From assembly GCA_038087875.1 (NCBI GenBank), contig CM075989.1, positions 2,108,001-2,172,000 on the forward strand: a DNA stretch of 64,000 bases, read 5' to 3'. Numbering within the stretch: the first letter of the stretch is position 1; each line of letters opens with the position of its first letter. Below, piece after piece: positions 1 through 12,317 of the stretch. Origin of the DNA: Malacoraja senta (lineage: Eukaryota). The notes beneath the pieces were generated by a model, which did not search any database, was not told the origin of the DNA, and worked only from the letters and a program-made list of their open reading frames with translations. A program made the position numbers and the translations under genes.

Positions 1-309
1 CCACTCTCTGATCCACCATCCCTAGTGCTGGCTGGCAAGACCTTTGCCAGTCTCCAGTGCTGAACATGACCACGTTCTTTATCTCGATGATGAACAGGCC
101 TGATCTGAGCTTTAGATTTGTGCCTGGACTCCACATCCCTCACATTCAGCTGCAGCACCCCCCTTCCAGCAGCGACCTGGAATGTTTGACTGTATCAGAA
201 CCTGTTCTTCAGTGCATGATGCTTGAGATATAACACGATCTTCATTGGTCCATTGCACATTGCCACATTAATGCACCTTGTTGTGATGTCTTAGATCATA
301 AACAATTTA

Positions 310-2205
310 TCAAAGAAAAGGTATTGGTGGTTTTAAAGTGCATTCAGGTGGATAAATCCCTAGGGTCTGATCAAGAGGCATCATTAGACGGCTGATGTGT
401 CGAAAGACTGGAGTAGGGCTGAAATTGTAACTCTATTAAAGGGTTGCAAGGAAAAGCCTGGCTAACTATGCACCAGTGAGTCTAATGTCAGTGGTAGGCA
501 AGTTATTGGAGAGTATGCTGAGGGATAAGATGTCAATGCATTTGGACAAGGGCTTATTACTTATAGTCAGCATGGTTTTGTACGTGGGAGATTGTGCCTC
601 ACGGATCTCAATGAGTTTTTTGAGGAAGTGACTGAAATGGTTGACGAGAGCAAAGCTGCAGACATTGTCAATATGGACTTCAGCAAAGCATTTGACAAGG
701 TTCCGCATGGCAGGCAGCTCTGGAAGGTTACATCGCATGGGATCCAGCGAGGGCTAGTCAACTGGATAGAGAATTGGCTTCATGGAAGGAAGCAGAGGGT
801 GATGGTGGAAGGTTGTTTTTCAGACTGGAGGCCTGTGACTAGTGGTGTGCCTCAGGGATTGATGCTGAGCCCATTGCTGCTTGTGGTGTATATCAAAAGT
901 TTGGATGAGAATGTACAAGGCATGATTAGCAAGTTTACAGATGACACTAAATTAGATAGTGAAGATGGTCATCAAAGATTGCAGCAGGATATTGATCGGT
1001 TGGGCAGGTGAGTTGTAGGTATGTTACAAAACTTACCTTCAGCGGCGCTGCAGTTCTGTCACTGCCCGTGTGCGCGACTTTGGCGCCTTTGAGAGGGGGG
1101 CAGGTTTAAAATGCGTTTTTTCGGCAGCCTATTCAAATCGACCTCTGTCAGGCTGTTTAGTTGCTAAATAAAAATCGCTTTGACTGCCATTTTATTAAGT
1201 TTATTCAAATTAGCACTGGATAATTAAATTGTTGGTGTAAAGTTAAAATCATCTTCAAATGCCGTCAACGCCGACAACAGGACGGATATCACGTAGGGGA
1301 CAAGGCAAGGTACGCCGTTTTTTTTTTCATATAAACTTGCTTCTTAGGATGCCCTTAATCAAAATTTCACGTTGCAAAAATGTGATTATGTAAATATACG
1401 AACCGGCAGTATTTTTCCTGCCGATATGGGGTTTAAATTCACTGCAACCGCAACGTTCCAAACCAGCGAGTTCCACAAAATCTCACTCGCAAGATGATTT
1501 AAATGCCCATTAATTTACAGGAATTAAACACTAAATTCCTTCCATTTGGCCTATAAATTCATGACAATGAGATTTAAAAATCGTTATATTGTGAATTCTT
1601 GTGTGAATGTTATTTGGACACTTAGGCTTTTTAAAAATGTTAACCTTTTCTTAAGAAATGGATAGATGTTTAGATCTAGTAATTGAATTTTGTAATTAGC
1701 TACAATTGGGTAACTAACTAATTATATGCTTTAATTTCTGGTCATCCAAGTAAGATTGTTTCATATTTGTTTCAGAATGCTTCAATGCATAATAACTGAA
1801 AATGTCATTCAGTTCTCTTAATTTTTAAGAAAGTTATGGGCTTTTGACTGCCCTCGATCACAGCTTTTGTGTTAAGTCAATGGAAAAGCAATAGGGAACA
1901 AGATGCTAATTACCGAGTATGAAAATGGCCATAACTTTTTTAATACTGAAGATATGAAAGTGAATTAGGTGTCAAATTAAACTTCTTTTTATGCTTTATC
2001 TGATGGGATAAATTGCAGGCTTGATTTTTTTAATCTCAAAACTTTGTAACATTGCTATGTGTTGAGGAATGGTTAATGTAGTTTAACACAGAGAAGTGTT
2101 AGGTGTTGAATTTGGGGAAGTCAAACGAAAGTAAGACCATCACAGTGAATAGCAGAGCGCTGGGGAGTGTTGTAGAGCAGAGGGATCTAGGAGTGCAGGT
2201 ACATA
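310..2205 (+). mobile_element. Degenerate CR1 LINE ORF2 (RT) fragment, split by a DNA transposon at 1016-2057
   Basis: ORF 592-1011 contains CLTDLNEFFEEVT, DFSKAFDKVPH, VTSGVPQG and KFTDDTKL. The CR1 sequence resumes at 2065 (aggaatggttaatg...gagggatctaggagtgcagg). Confidence 0.92.
1016..2057. mobile_element. Non-autonomous DNA transposon (hAT-like, TAG...CTA termini) with a 7-bp TSD
   Basis: Imperfect TIRs TAGGTATGTTACAAAA / TTTGTAACATTGCTA. Flanked by TGAGTTG (1009-1015) and TGTGTTG (2058-2064). Removing it restores the CR1 sequence. No ORF. Confidence 0.8.
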
Positions 2206-2549
2206 CCATTCCTGCAAGTCTGTTCCAAAGACCCACTACTCTGTGTGAGAAACTTGCCCCAAACATTACCCTAAACTTTGCCCCTTTCATTTCAAAGCTA
2301 CGCACTCTAGTCTTTGACATTTCCGCCCTTGGAAACAGATGTTAAAACTGTCTGCCCTATCAATGTCTCTCATAATTTTATAAACACCTGTCAGGTAATG
2401 GAGGGTGTAGAGGGCAGTCTGTAATCATTTGCGTTCTGACCTGTCCCCATTATATTTCATCCAGCGTCCATATATCTGACCTCCAGTGTATCCCCTTCCC
2501 CTTCTGAATCCTTTGTCCCCTCCATTCTCACATTCCCATTTCCTCCACT

Positions 2550-2890
2550 CTAGTACACAGAACATAGAACAATAGCTACAGGCCCTTCGGCCCACAATGT
2601 CTGTACCAAACAGAATGGCCAGTTAAAGTAATCCCATCTGCCTGCACATGATCCATATCCCTCCATTCCCTGTATAGCCATGTGCCTATTTACACACCTC
2701 TTGAACACCACTCTTGTATCTGCCAACACCACCACCCGTGGCAGTGTGTTCCACACACCCACCACCCTCTGTGTAAAAACTGGCCCCACGGATCTGCTTT
2801 AAACCTTGCCCCTCTCACCTTAAAGCTATGCATTCTAGTCTTTGGACCACCCTTGGAAAAGTGCATTCTGACAGTGCATCTCATAATAGC
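2550..2890 (-). mobile_element. CR1 LINE 3' end fragment
   Basis: Minus-strand peptide FTQRVVGVWNTLP..., followed by the gggccgaagggcctgt 3' motif and a ctatgttctgtg tail. Confidence 0.8.
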
Positions 2891-3612
2891 CTGACTATGC
2901 CTCTGCCTCCGTTTACCACCCCCCCCCCCCCCCACAACATAGATACATAGAAACAATGACAGTAGGTTCAGGAGTAGGCCATTCGGCTGATCATCCAGAA
3001 TCAGAACCCTGTTCCTGCTTTTTCTTCTTGATTCTGTTAGCCCTACGATCTATATCTGACCGTTCCAGCAGTACACTGGTTTCCTGTGAAAAAACCTCGT
3101 CGCTGTATGACCTTTCCCGAATTAACTGTGAATTTGGCACCGAGTTCTGGTGGAGGCTAAATCTCAGGCTCCGTTCTCACCGCTGCCATGGTCACCAGGA
3201 TTCCCGCAGCTAAAACAGCCGATCAAATCAAAGCCGAGCAAGACGAATGCAGCTGAAGGAGAGATGCAGAGAGGAATGGGAAACGGCGAGCAGAGGGAAA
3301 TGAGTGAGGAAAATCATGATTTCTTTCAGCAGGGGAAAGAGAAATTGATAACACTGCATAATTCAAATTAAAGAGAAGCGTGGGGAGGGTATTGAGCTCA
3401 ACCCATTAAACATTTACCATTATTACAGGAGAAAAGAAAATGAACAAATCTATTGCACCGCAAAAATAGGGCAATCAATCTCCTGCCAGTTCGGGCTCTC
3501 CAGACACTCCTTCTCATTCCACATGAATTCCTTCTTACTTTTCCACAATATTTGTCGAGCAGGGAAGACATAATTACAAACTTGCGGAAAAAAAACTTGT
3601 GAGAGAACTTAG

Positions 3613-4215
3613 AGACAGCACGGTGGTGCAGCAGTGACTGCCTTAAAGCCCTGTCCCACGGTACGCGTTCATTCCAACAGCTCTCCCGAGTTTGCCCTGA
3701 TTCGAACTCAGAGATTTACGGTAATGGGCACTCGTCGGTACTCGGGGCTCTCGTGGACAGTTTTCAACATGTTGAAAAATCTTCCCGAGTACCTGCCGTT
3801 AGCGTTACGAGCCACTAAGAGACGTCCCTGAGCTCCGACGTACCCGCTACGTTCAATCTCCGTGCTTACCACGAGTTTGATTTTTTTAAACTCGGGAGAG
3901 CTCTTGGAATGAACTTGTACCGTGGGACAGGGCTATTACAGCGCCAGAGACTGGGTGCCATCCTAACCACAGGTGCTGTCTGCATGGAGTTTGTACGTTC
4001 TCCCCGTGAACTGTGGGGGTTTTCTCCGGATGCTCCGGTTTCCTCCCACACTCCAGAGACGTACAGGTTTGTAGGTTAATTGGCTTGACATAATTTTAAA
4101 TTGTCCCTAGTGTGTGTAGGATAATGTTAGTGTGCGGCGATCACTGGTTGGCGCGGACTCGGTGGGCCGAAGGGCCTGTTTCTACGCGGTATCTCCAAAC
4201 AAAATTAAACTAAAC
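3613..4215 (+). mobile_element. HE1/V-SINE-type tRNA SINE interrupted by a MITE
   Basis: tRNA-like head, V-domain (ggagtttgtacgttctccccgtg...cctcccaca) and CR1-like tail (gggccgaagggcctgtttc...taaac). Confidence 0.88.
3646..3935. mobile_element. PIF/Harbinger-type MITE (family A)
   Basis: TIRs AAGCCCTGTCCCACGGTAC / GTACCGTGGGACAGGGCTA; TTA TSD at 3643-3645 and 3936-3938. Confidence 0.85.
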
Positions 4216-4884
4216 CCAATTATCAGAGGGCAATGAGTTGAGATTTCCACAGCTTCACACTGTAGCACTCTGGGCTTCTCCCATGTGCCTGGATTTAGCC
4301 TATTGCCCTCTAAACTCTTCTTGTCCATATTTCTGCCCAAATGTCTTTTGAAAGTCGTCATTGTATCCACTTCTATAGTTCATCTGGCACCTCACGCCAG
4401 GTACAGAGTGAAATGGTTGCCTCTGAGGTTCCTCTTAATTCTCTCCCCTCTCACCTTAAGCCTGTGCCTTCTCGTTTAGACGTCTCTACCCTGGGAAGAT
4501 GTCTCCCACGAGTCTGTGCAGGACCAGGGGGGAGGTAAGACTCACGTGAAAACCATTTGATAAAGATTTTGATGTTGATGACAACACACGGTTATAACTT
4601 TGCAATTTATCATCCTTCTAATTGGAACAAAAAAGGTTACGTCTATTTTTAATCATCTCTTGACTGCCAAATAACACGATTAAGGTGTACATTAACATGT
4701 AATTAAAAAGTGTTATGGTATAAATATTTGCTTCTGAATGAGACTGAGAGGGTGAAAAACGTAGGTTTTGAATCTTAGAAAACCGATTCATCCTAACCCA
4801 GCAAACCCTTTCCATTCAAGCAACATCTCGATTTTCAGTTTTACATTTGTTTATTCTTGCTTTAAGATCGCTTCATGGTCCCTT

Positions 4885-5370
4885 CAGTTTAGTTTATTAT
4901 TGTCAAGTGCACAAAGGTGCAGTGAAAATCTTTTTTGTTGCATGCTATCCAGTCAGCGTATAGACTATACACTTTTACAATCAAGTCGACCAAGGGGATA
5001 ACGTTTAGTGCAAGATAAAGTCCAGTAAAGTCCAATGAGATTGATGGTAGGTCAGGCCTGCTCTCTAGTTGCAGTAGGGTGGTTCAGTTGCCAGACAACA
5101 GCTGGGAAGAAACTGTCCCTGAGTCTGGAGATGTGCGTGTTCACACTCCTGTACCTATTGCCTGATGGGAGAGGGGAGAAGAGGGAGTGACCAGGGTGAG
5201 ATTTGTTCTGGATTATGCAGGTGGCCTTCTCGAGGCAGTATGAAGTGTAGATGGAGTCAATGGAAGGGAGGTTGGTTTGTGTGATGGTCTGGCCTGCGTC
5301 AACAACGCTGCAATGTTTTGCAGTCTTGGCTGAGATGTATCCCAATAAAATGCTTTCTACAGCGCATCAG
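4885..5370 (-). mobile_element. Rex1/Babar LINE 3' fragment
   Basis: Peptide VVDAGQTITQTNLPSIDSIYTSYCLEKATCII..SHPGHSLFSPLPSGNRYRS..RLRDSFFP; tail tgacaataataaactaaactg. Confidence 0.85.
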
Positions 5371-5407
5371 TCCCATCACTCTCTTCTGTACTCTCCTATG
5401 CCACAAG

Positions 5408-5712
5408 CTTAGTTTAGTTTAGAGATACAGCACTGAAACAGACCCTTCGGCCCATCGAGTCCACACCGACCAACGATCCTCACACATCATCACTACCCTG
5501 CACACACTAGGGACAATTTAACATTCATACCAAGCCAATTAGCCTACAACCCTGGACGTCTTTGGAGTGTAGGAGGAAACCGGAGCAGCCGGAGAAAACC
5601 CATTCAGGTGACGGGGAGAACGTACCGTACAAACTCAGCACCCATAGTCAGGATGAAAGCCGGCTCTCTGGCACTGTAAGGCAGTATCACTACTGCTACG
5701 CCACCGTGCCAC
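5408..5712 (-). mobile_element. HE1/V-SINE
   Basis: Reverse-complement SINE running from the tttagtttag tail to the tRNA head (ccaccgtgcc). Confidence 0.88.
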
Positions 5713-6194
5713 ATTAGAGTACATGATTCCATGTATCATTTGGATGAGTGAACCAATGTGTATGACTCTGTACAACATCGCAGATCGCTGCATTACTGTG
5801 CACAGTTTCACGGCGTTGCAGAGGAAGGAGGTTCTCTGCAGTACTTTCCATTTGCTAATTCAAAAGGGGTAAGATCTTCCAAACTCAGGTTATTGATTGG
5901 CATGGTAATTGGATGAGAAAATGTCAGACGTACAATATTACAATATGCTTTTAAGGCATTTGCAAAGCAGAAGGATTGGTCATTGGCCCATTTTTTTTAA
6001 ATTACAGCAAATTGAGAGCAGAAGAAATTGTCAGCCTTGCAGTGTTGTAACTTGTGGACTACAAATGTATCCTGTAATTCATTGATTCTCTGCCAACATT
6101 CCACACAGCACTCTGCACTGAGAGGGAAGGAAACAGGCAATTGTAGGTGTGAATGACGTCAAAGCTTTTAGAGTCATAGAATCATTAAGTTTTA

Positions 6195-6544
6195 AGGGCC
6201 GGTCCCACGAGCATGCGACTGCATGCGGCAAGCGCGACTAAACCGGAAGCGGGGGCCGCGCGGAGGTCGAGTGAGTGACGTGAAGTTCGAGCGAAGTCCG
6301 CGGGAAGTTCGCGCGTGACGTACGGCGTCGAGACGCTGCGCACGCCCGTCGAGGCGGTGCGTACGGCGATGAGGCAGCTGTGGCCCGGCAGGCCGTTGCC
6401 GCGCGGAATTTTTGAACAGTGTCAGTACAACTCAATACGGTTCCAGCGATCGAAGTGGGACCGGCCCCGCGAGGCCGTACGGCTCAAGCGACCACGTTAG
6501 GTCACGCTTGCCGCATGCAGTCGCATGCTCGTGGGACAGGCCCT
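6195..6544. mobile_element. PIF/Harbinger-type MITE (family B, GC-rich)
   Basis: TIRs of about 44 bp, AGGGCC(G/T)GTCCCACGAGCATGCGACTGCATGCGGCAAGCG; TTA TSD at 6192-6194 and 6545-6547. Confidence 0.88.
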
Positions 6545-6650
6545 TTACAGCCTGGAAACAGGCCCTTCGGCCTAACTTGCTCACACCGACTAACATGTCC
6601 CACCCTCACTAGGCCCACCCACCCGCCTGTACTTCGCCCATATCCCACTA

Positions 6651-7066
6651 AACTGGAGTTTAGAAGGATGAGGGGGGGTTCTTATAGAAACATATAAAAT
6701 TATAAAAGGTCTGGACAAGCTAAATGCAGGAAAAATGTTCCCAATGTTGGGCGAGTCCAGAACCAGGGGCCACAGTCTTAGAATAAAGGGGAGGCCATTT
6801 AAGACTGAGGTGAGACAAACTTTTTCACCCAGAGAGTTGTGAATTTATGGAATTCCCTGCCACAGAGGGCAGTGGAGGCCAAATCACTGGATGAATTTAA
6901 GAGAGAGTTAGATAGAGCTCTAAGGGCTAGTGGAATCAAGGGATATGGGGAGAAGGCAGGCACAGGTTATTGATTGGGGACGATCAGCCATGATCACAAT
7001 GAATGGTGGTGCTGGCTCGAAGGGCTGAATGGCCTCCTCCGGCACCTATTTTCTATATTTCTATGT
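6651..7066 (+). mobile_element. CR1 3' fragment nested in an opposite-strand CR1
   Basis: ctggagtttagaaggatg...ggcctcctccggcacctattttctatatttctatg; taaac on both sides. Confidence 0.85.
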
Positions 7067-7710
7067 TTAAACCTGTCCTATCCAAGTACCCGTCAAAATG
7101 TCTCTTAAATGTTGTGATAGTACCAGCCTCAACTACCTCCTCCAACAGCTCGTTCTATACACCTACCACCACCCTTTGCGTGAAAAAGTTACCCCTCGGG
7201 TTCCTATTAAATGTTGTCCTCTGGTCCTCGATTCCCCTACTCTGGACAAGAGATTATGTGTGTCTACCAAATCTACTTCTCTCATGATTTTGTACAGCTC
7301 TATAAGATCACCCCTCATCCTCCTGCGCTTCAAGGAATAGAGACTCAGCCTACTCAACCTCTCCCTATAGCTCAGGTGCTCGAGTGCTGGCAACAGCTTC
7401 ATAAATCTTCCCTGAACCCTTTCCAACTTGACAACATCTTTCCTATAATATGGTGCTCAAATCTGAACGCAATACTCTAAATGCAGCCTCTTATACAACG
7501 TCTTATACAACTGCAACATGACCTCCTAAACTCTATACTTAACCTGAAAATGGGTCTCTACCCAAAACGTCACCCATTCCTTCTCTCCAGAGACGCTGAG
7601 TTACTCCAGTATTTTGTGTCTATCTTCTATATACAATGCTCCAACAGATGAAGGCCAATGTGGCAAGAGAATTTTTGACCCCCCTATTTACCTGAGATGT
7701 CAATTTCTAC
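7067..7710 (-). mobile_element. CR1 3' fragment (continues at 6548-6650) containing a Penelope pLTR piece at about 7543-7627
   Basis: Peptide ERVQGRFMKLLPALEHLSYRERLSRLSLYSLKRRRMRGDLIELYKIM. Confidence 0.85.
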
Positions 7711-8218
7711 TTTAGTTACTCCCAGTTTCTATCCAAGTCAACATTCGCTTCTTATGGAATCTTTGACCAGTTCTCTTTTGCAGTTGCCCATAGATTCAAA
7801 ATAGAGATCCACTTTCAACCACACACGTTCAATTGGAGGAATGTTAAGTCTGTGGCAAAAGAGATTTGATTCATTTTCCCAGAGTGGATGACTCTAAAAC
7901 TAGAGGGCAGAGGCTTACGGTGAGATGGGAGAGATTTACGAGTGAAATGAGGGCCAATCAGTCAGAAGGTAGTATGTTTCTGCTATAAGTTTCCAAAGGA
8001 AGCCGTAGAACCGGAAAAAATTGTACTTTGAAAAAAACATTTGGAGAGATGTATAGACTGGAAGGGTTTAGCGGCCAATTAGCAAAATGCAGGCAAATGG
8101 GACTAGCCCAGAATGCATGGATATGGTGGGCTGAAGGGCCTGTTTTGATGCTCCATGTCTATGACTCAATGCCCAATTTCAGTCACCGGGGGCAAAGACA
8201 TTGGCCTATTTAGTATGA

Positions 8219-8543
8219 TTTAGTTTAGTTTAGTTTAGTTTAGAGATACGACGCGGAAACAGGCCCTCCGGTGCACCGAGTCCGCACCAACCAACGCTCA
8301 CCGCACATCAACACTATCCAACATACACTAGGAACAATTTACACTTATACCAAGCCAATTAACCTGTACGTCTTTGGAGTGTGGGAAGAAACCGAAGATC
8401 TCAGAGAAAACCCACGCAGATCACGAGGGGAACGTACAAACTCTGTACAGACAGACAGCACCCGTAGTCGGGATGGAACCCGGGTCTCCGACGCTGCATT
8501 CGCTGTGAGGCAGCAACTCTACCGCTGCTCCACCGTGCCGCCA
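8219..8543 (-). mobile_element. HE1/V-SINE
   Basis: Full reverse-complement copy with (TTTAG)n tail. Confidence 0.9.
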
Positions 8544-8634
8544 TGTTGCCCAAAGCACCGTGGCAACAGAACTCTGCGATTACTTGACAATATACTTGGT
8601 TTAGCCCCAATTATTACTTTTAAGTAATACTGCA

Positions 8635-8700
8635 TTTGGCCAGGTATAAGTACTATAGAACCTCGCCTTTGGCCAGGTATAAGTACTATAGAACCTCGCC
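8635..8700. repeat. Perfect 33-bp tandem duplication
   Basis: tttggccaggtataagtactatagaacctcgcc x2. Confidence 0.95.
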
Positions 8701-8754
8701 AACGTTAGTTTTGTGGAATACATTCCAACAGCTACTTTAATCTTGAAGTGAATG

Positions 8755-9400
8755 CTCTCACAAGCCGTGTCAGTGCAAGTCCAACAACGCTCCTCCATCC
8801 TGGACAAAGTGACCCACTTGACTGGCACCCACTGCAGCACCCATCCTGCTGTAGAGTTGCTGCCTTCCAGCACCAGAGACCCGGGATCGATCCTGACTAC
8901 GGGCGATATCCGGAATGTATGGAGTTTGTACGTTCTCCCCGTGACCTGCGTGGGTTTTCTCTGGGAGCTCTGGTTTTCTCCCACACTCCAAAGATGTACA
9001 GGTTTGTAGGTTAATTGGCTTGGTGTAAGTGTAAATTGTGTAGGTAGCAAAGAGTAAGTGTGCGGGAATCAATGTTCGGGGCTGACTCGCTGGGCCGAAG
9101 GGCCTGTTTCCATGCTGTATCTCCAAACAAATCTACTAAATGCACTGCAAGAATTCACCAAGGCTGCTCCACCAACTCCTCCACCCATGAGTTCTACCTC
9201 CTAATGGAGAGGGTCAGATGGTGCGTGGGAGCCTCCACCACCTGCAGATTCCCCACTAAGGTCCACACCATCCTGACTTTGATATATACCATTGTCCTTT
9301 ACCATTTCTGGGCAAGAATACCATTATTCCTTGTGCACAACCACTGTTCAGGGTGTAGTCTTCTAAGAAACAGCTCATGGCCATACACACGTGGATTGTG
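8755..9400 (+). mobile_element. Old CR1-like LINE remnant with an HE1 SINE inserted at about 8848-9140
   Basis: ccatcctggacaaagtgacccacttgactggcaccc ... accacctgcagattcccc...cacaccatcctgactt. A reverse copy of the same family lies at about 50570-50780. Confidence 0.6.
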
Positions 9401-10145
9401 ACACGTTGCAAACACATTCTAAAGATAAGAAAATCCAGCTCTTCAGAATCAGAATCAGATTATCACTTAATTTAACACTGCACTTATTACGGAAATTAAA
9501 GTTGGAACCTGTTATGTTGCAAAACTCAAGTCACAGTCAGGAGTGAATGGCTCAAGGTTTTATGTCAGATTATAATGTGGACATGGTCAATCAACAATTT
9601 GTGAAACAGCACAGGACAGGACATGGGAAGATGCCAAGTGCTGGAGTAACTCAGTGAGTCAGGAGAACATGGGGAGGTGAGGTTTCAGGTCGGGACCGTT
9701 CTTCAGAGCTATCCTAAGCGTTCAGGACTTCAGTCACGGCGTTCCCACGGTAGAATCATTACCTGAAATTAATACTTAAGATTGTGATTTAATTTCTCGC
9801 CTTCACATCTCCTCAAGGGCAGCCTGTGGTTTCTTTACTGCCTCATCACCGTTCCTTTTCTCTTTGGTCCATCATCACTTTTGCCATTTAATCTTTCCTG
9901 CCATCTACCCAATCATGTATCATCCCTTTTGCTCTCTCCTCTCTTCCCACGCCTACCCTTCCCTTCCCTTCCCCTCCCCCCCTCCCATTTATCTTGATCT
10001 TGCTACCTCCACTTTTCCTTATTCTGAGGCGAGTTCATTGATCTGAAACATTCACTTGCTGCTGCTTGACCAACGTTCCCTGAGCTCTATATGTTGAGGT
10101 GAGAGGGGCAAAGGTTAAAGGAGATGTGTGGGGCAGGTATTTCTA

Positions 10146-11020
10146 AATAGGGGAAGTACATTACCAGGTAGTGGCAGCGCCTAAAGGCAGCGGCTCGACT
10201 GTAGTCCGTCTGTCTTTTTTTATTTTTGTCTAGTTAAATGTAGTTGTTTGTGTTTTTTAATATTGTTTTTAACTGTGTATATGTGGGGGGCGGGGGGGGG
10301 GGGAACTTTAAAAAATCTCTTCCCTGCACGGGAGTCCCGACCTTTTCCCTGTCGGGTCTCCGTTGTCGTTGGGGCCTAGCTCCGTGGAGCGGCCTCCGAC
10401 CGGGACGACCTGGGGGCTCCAGTCGCAGAGCCTGCGGAGCTGCGGACTTACCATCGTGGGGCTGGCCGGCCTCGGAGCGTGAGGAGCGGTGGTGGCGCGC
10501 TGCTGCGGCCCGACTCTGGAGCTCCAGCTGCAGACCCGTGGACTGTGACATCGGGAGCTCGCGGGTCCGGGTGAGAGACCGTTTTCCGGAGCTCCCGCAA
10601 CTCAACTTCTCCCGCCCGTGTCGCGGGGTTGGAACGACCCGGAGCGGGGCCGTAAATCGCCCGGCGCGGCTTTAATTGCCGCGGGACATTCCAGCGCCCG
10701 CCGGGGCCTCCAACTTTGTGACTTTTGGGCCCGGAGCGAGGCTGTACACCGCCCGGCGCGGCCTTAACGGCCGTGGGACTTAACATCACCCGCCTGTGGC
10801 TTCAACATCGGGAGAAAAATGGTGCAGGGGAGAGAAAAGACTTTGCCTTCCATCACAGTGAGGAGGAGATTCACTGTGATGGATGTTTTTCTGTAGATTG
10901 AATTGTTTGTGTGTCGTGTAGGAATTGTTTTGTTTGTATGGCTGTGGAAATGGAATTTCGTTTGAGCCTCTTTGAGGTTTAAATGACAATAAAATCTAAT
11001 CAATCAATCAATCAATCAAT
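10146..11020 (+). mobile_element. GC-rich non-autonomous retroposon with Rex1-like 3' end (copy 1)
   Basis: Homologous to 18740-19525. Ends in a stem-loop + tgacaataaa + (AATC)n. Interrupts a CR1 3' fragment. Confidence 0.75.
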
Positions 11021-11341
11021 GATTCAAAGTGGTGAGTGCCTGGAACACGCTGACAGGAGTGGTGGTGGTGGTGTACTTACAACTTTCCATGTCCAGGGGA
11101 TAAGAGCGTGTGAGCAACTGGAACAAGTCAATACGGAAGCCGTTGTGTCTCCACTTCACTGGGCAACGATGTGTTCAATTATTAACACGGGAGCTAAAGC
11201 ATTAAATCATTTACAGATATCATTTCATGGGGTGTTGCATCTTCTGAGGACAAGCTAAACCAAACTCTAGTGTGGTACCACAAGATGCAGGCAGCAACTC
11301 CAGCAGAATATGAAAGGCTCCGAAATAGAACTATAGCCTAG

Positions 11342-11877
11342 AGGGTGGCATGGTGGAGCAGCGGTAGAGTTGCTGCCTTATGGGCCTCTCACGTAGGTGT
11401 CTTTTTGTGCGACTACAGGCGACTGCCACAAAATTTTCAACATATTGAAAAAAAAAAATTGTCGACAGTGTCGACAATGTTTGCTTTCGTAGGTGAATTC
11501 CATTAAAACTAGTGTCGTAGGTGAATTCCATTAAAACTAGTCCCTGGCAGTAGCCTAAAGAGTCGCCTATGTGGGACAGGCCCTTTACAATGCTTGCAGC
11601 ACCAGAGACACATGTTCGATCCCGACTACAGGTGCTGTCGGTATGGAGTTTGTACGTTCTCCCTTTGACCACGTGGGTTTTTCTCCGAGATCTTCGATTT
11701 CCTGCCACATTCCAAAGACGTACAGATTTGGAGGTTAATTGGCTTGCACTTGTCTACTCAGTATAAGTGTAAATTGTCCCTAATGTGTGCAGGATAGTGT
11801 TAATGTGCAGGGGTCGCTGGTTGGCATGGACTCGGTGGGCCGAAGGGCCTGTTCCCGCTCTGTATCTCTAAACTAAA
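11342..11877 (+). mobile_element. HE1/V-SINE interrupted by a MITE
   Basis: SINE head ...gttgctgcctta | caatgcttgcagcaccagagac..., followed by V-domain and tail. Confidence 0.88.
11381..11584. mobile_element. PIF/Harbinger-type MITE (family C)
   Basis: Right TIR GTGGGACAGGCCCT and a degenerate left TIR; TTA TSD at 11378-11380 and 11585-11587; internal duplication of tcgtaggtgaattccattaaaactagt. Confidence 0.8.
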
Positions 11878-12134
11878 TTCATCTGCACTGCTCTGCTGGC
11901 ATTAAGATGACAGTAACAAACGCCTTAACACTGTTTATAAATAATTTTCAAAGTAAGTTGCTAATTTGGTTATTCTAAAAGGGAGAGAGCGAGTTCTCTG
12001 ATATACCAGCTCCCTGCTACAGGAACAGCTGCCATGGGAAGTCAACGTTCCAGTATTATTACCACCTGTTCTCACAGCCTGTGAAGCAGAGAAACCTACG
12101 CTCCATTCTGGAGAACACAGAGGCACACCCACTT

Positions 12135-12317
12135 GCCTCACAGCACCAGAGTTCAATCCTGACCTCGGGGACTGTCTGCGTGGAATTTGCACGTTTTCCC
12201 TGTGACTGTGTGGGTTTCCTCCGGGTGCTACTCTTTCTTCCCATATCCCAAAATGTGTAGGTCGACAGGTTCATTGGCCTGGGTAAAGATCTCGCTGGTG
12301 TGCAGGGAGTGGATGAG
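12135..12317 (+). mobile_element. HE1/V-SINE partial copy
   Basis: gcctcacagcaccagagttcaatcctgacctcggg...ggtttcctccgggtgc. Confidence 0.75.

Noticed and set aside
1..300. Possible BEL/Pao integrase C-terminal remnant on the minus strand (HWRLAKVLPASTRDG)
   Set aside because: Only a short motif resemblance with broken frames; I cannot support it without an alignment.
10234..10789. GC-rich ORFs on both strands (also 18779-19358)
   Set aside because: The frames are not conserved between the two copies; this is a stop-codon-poor GC-rich repeat.
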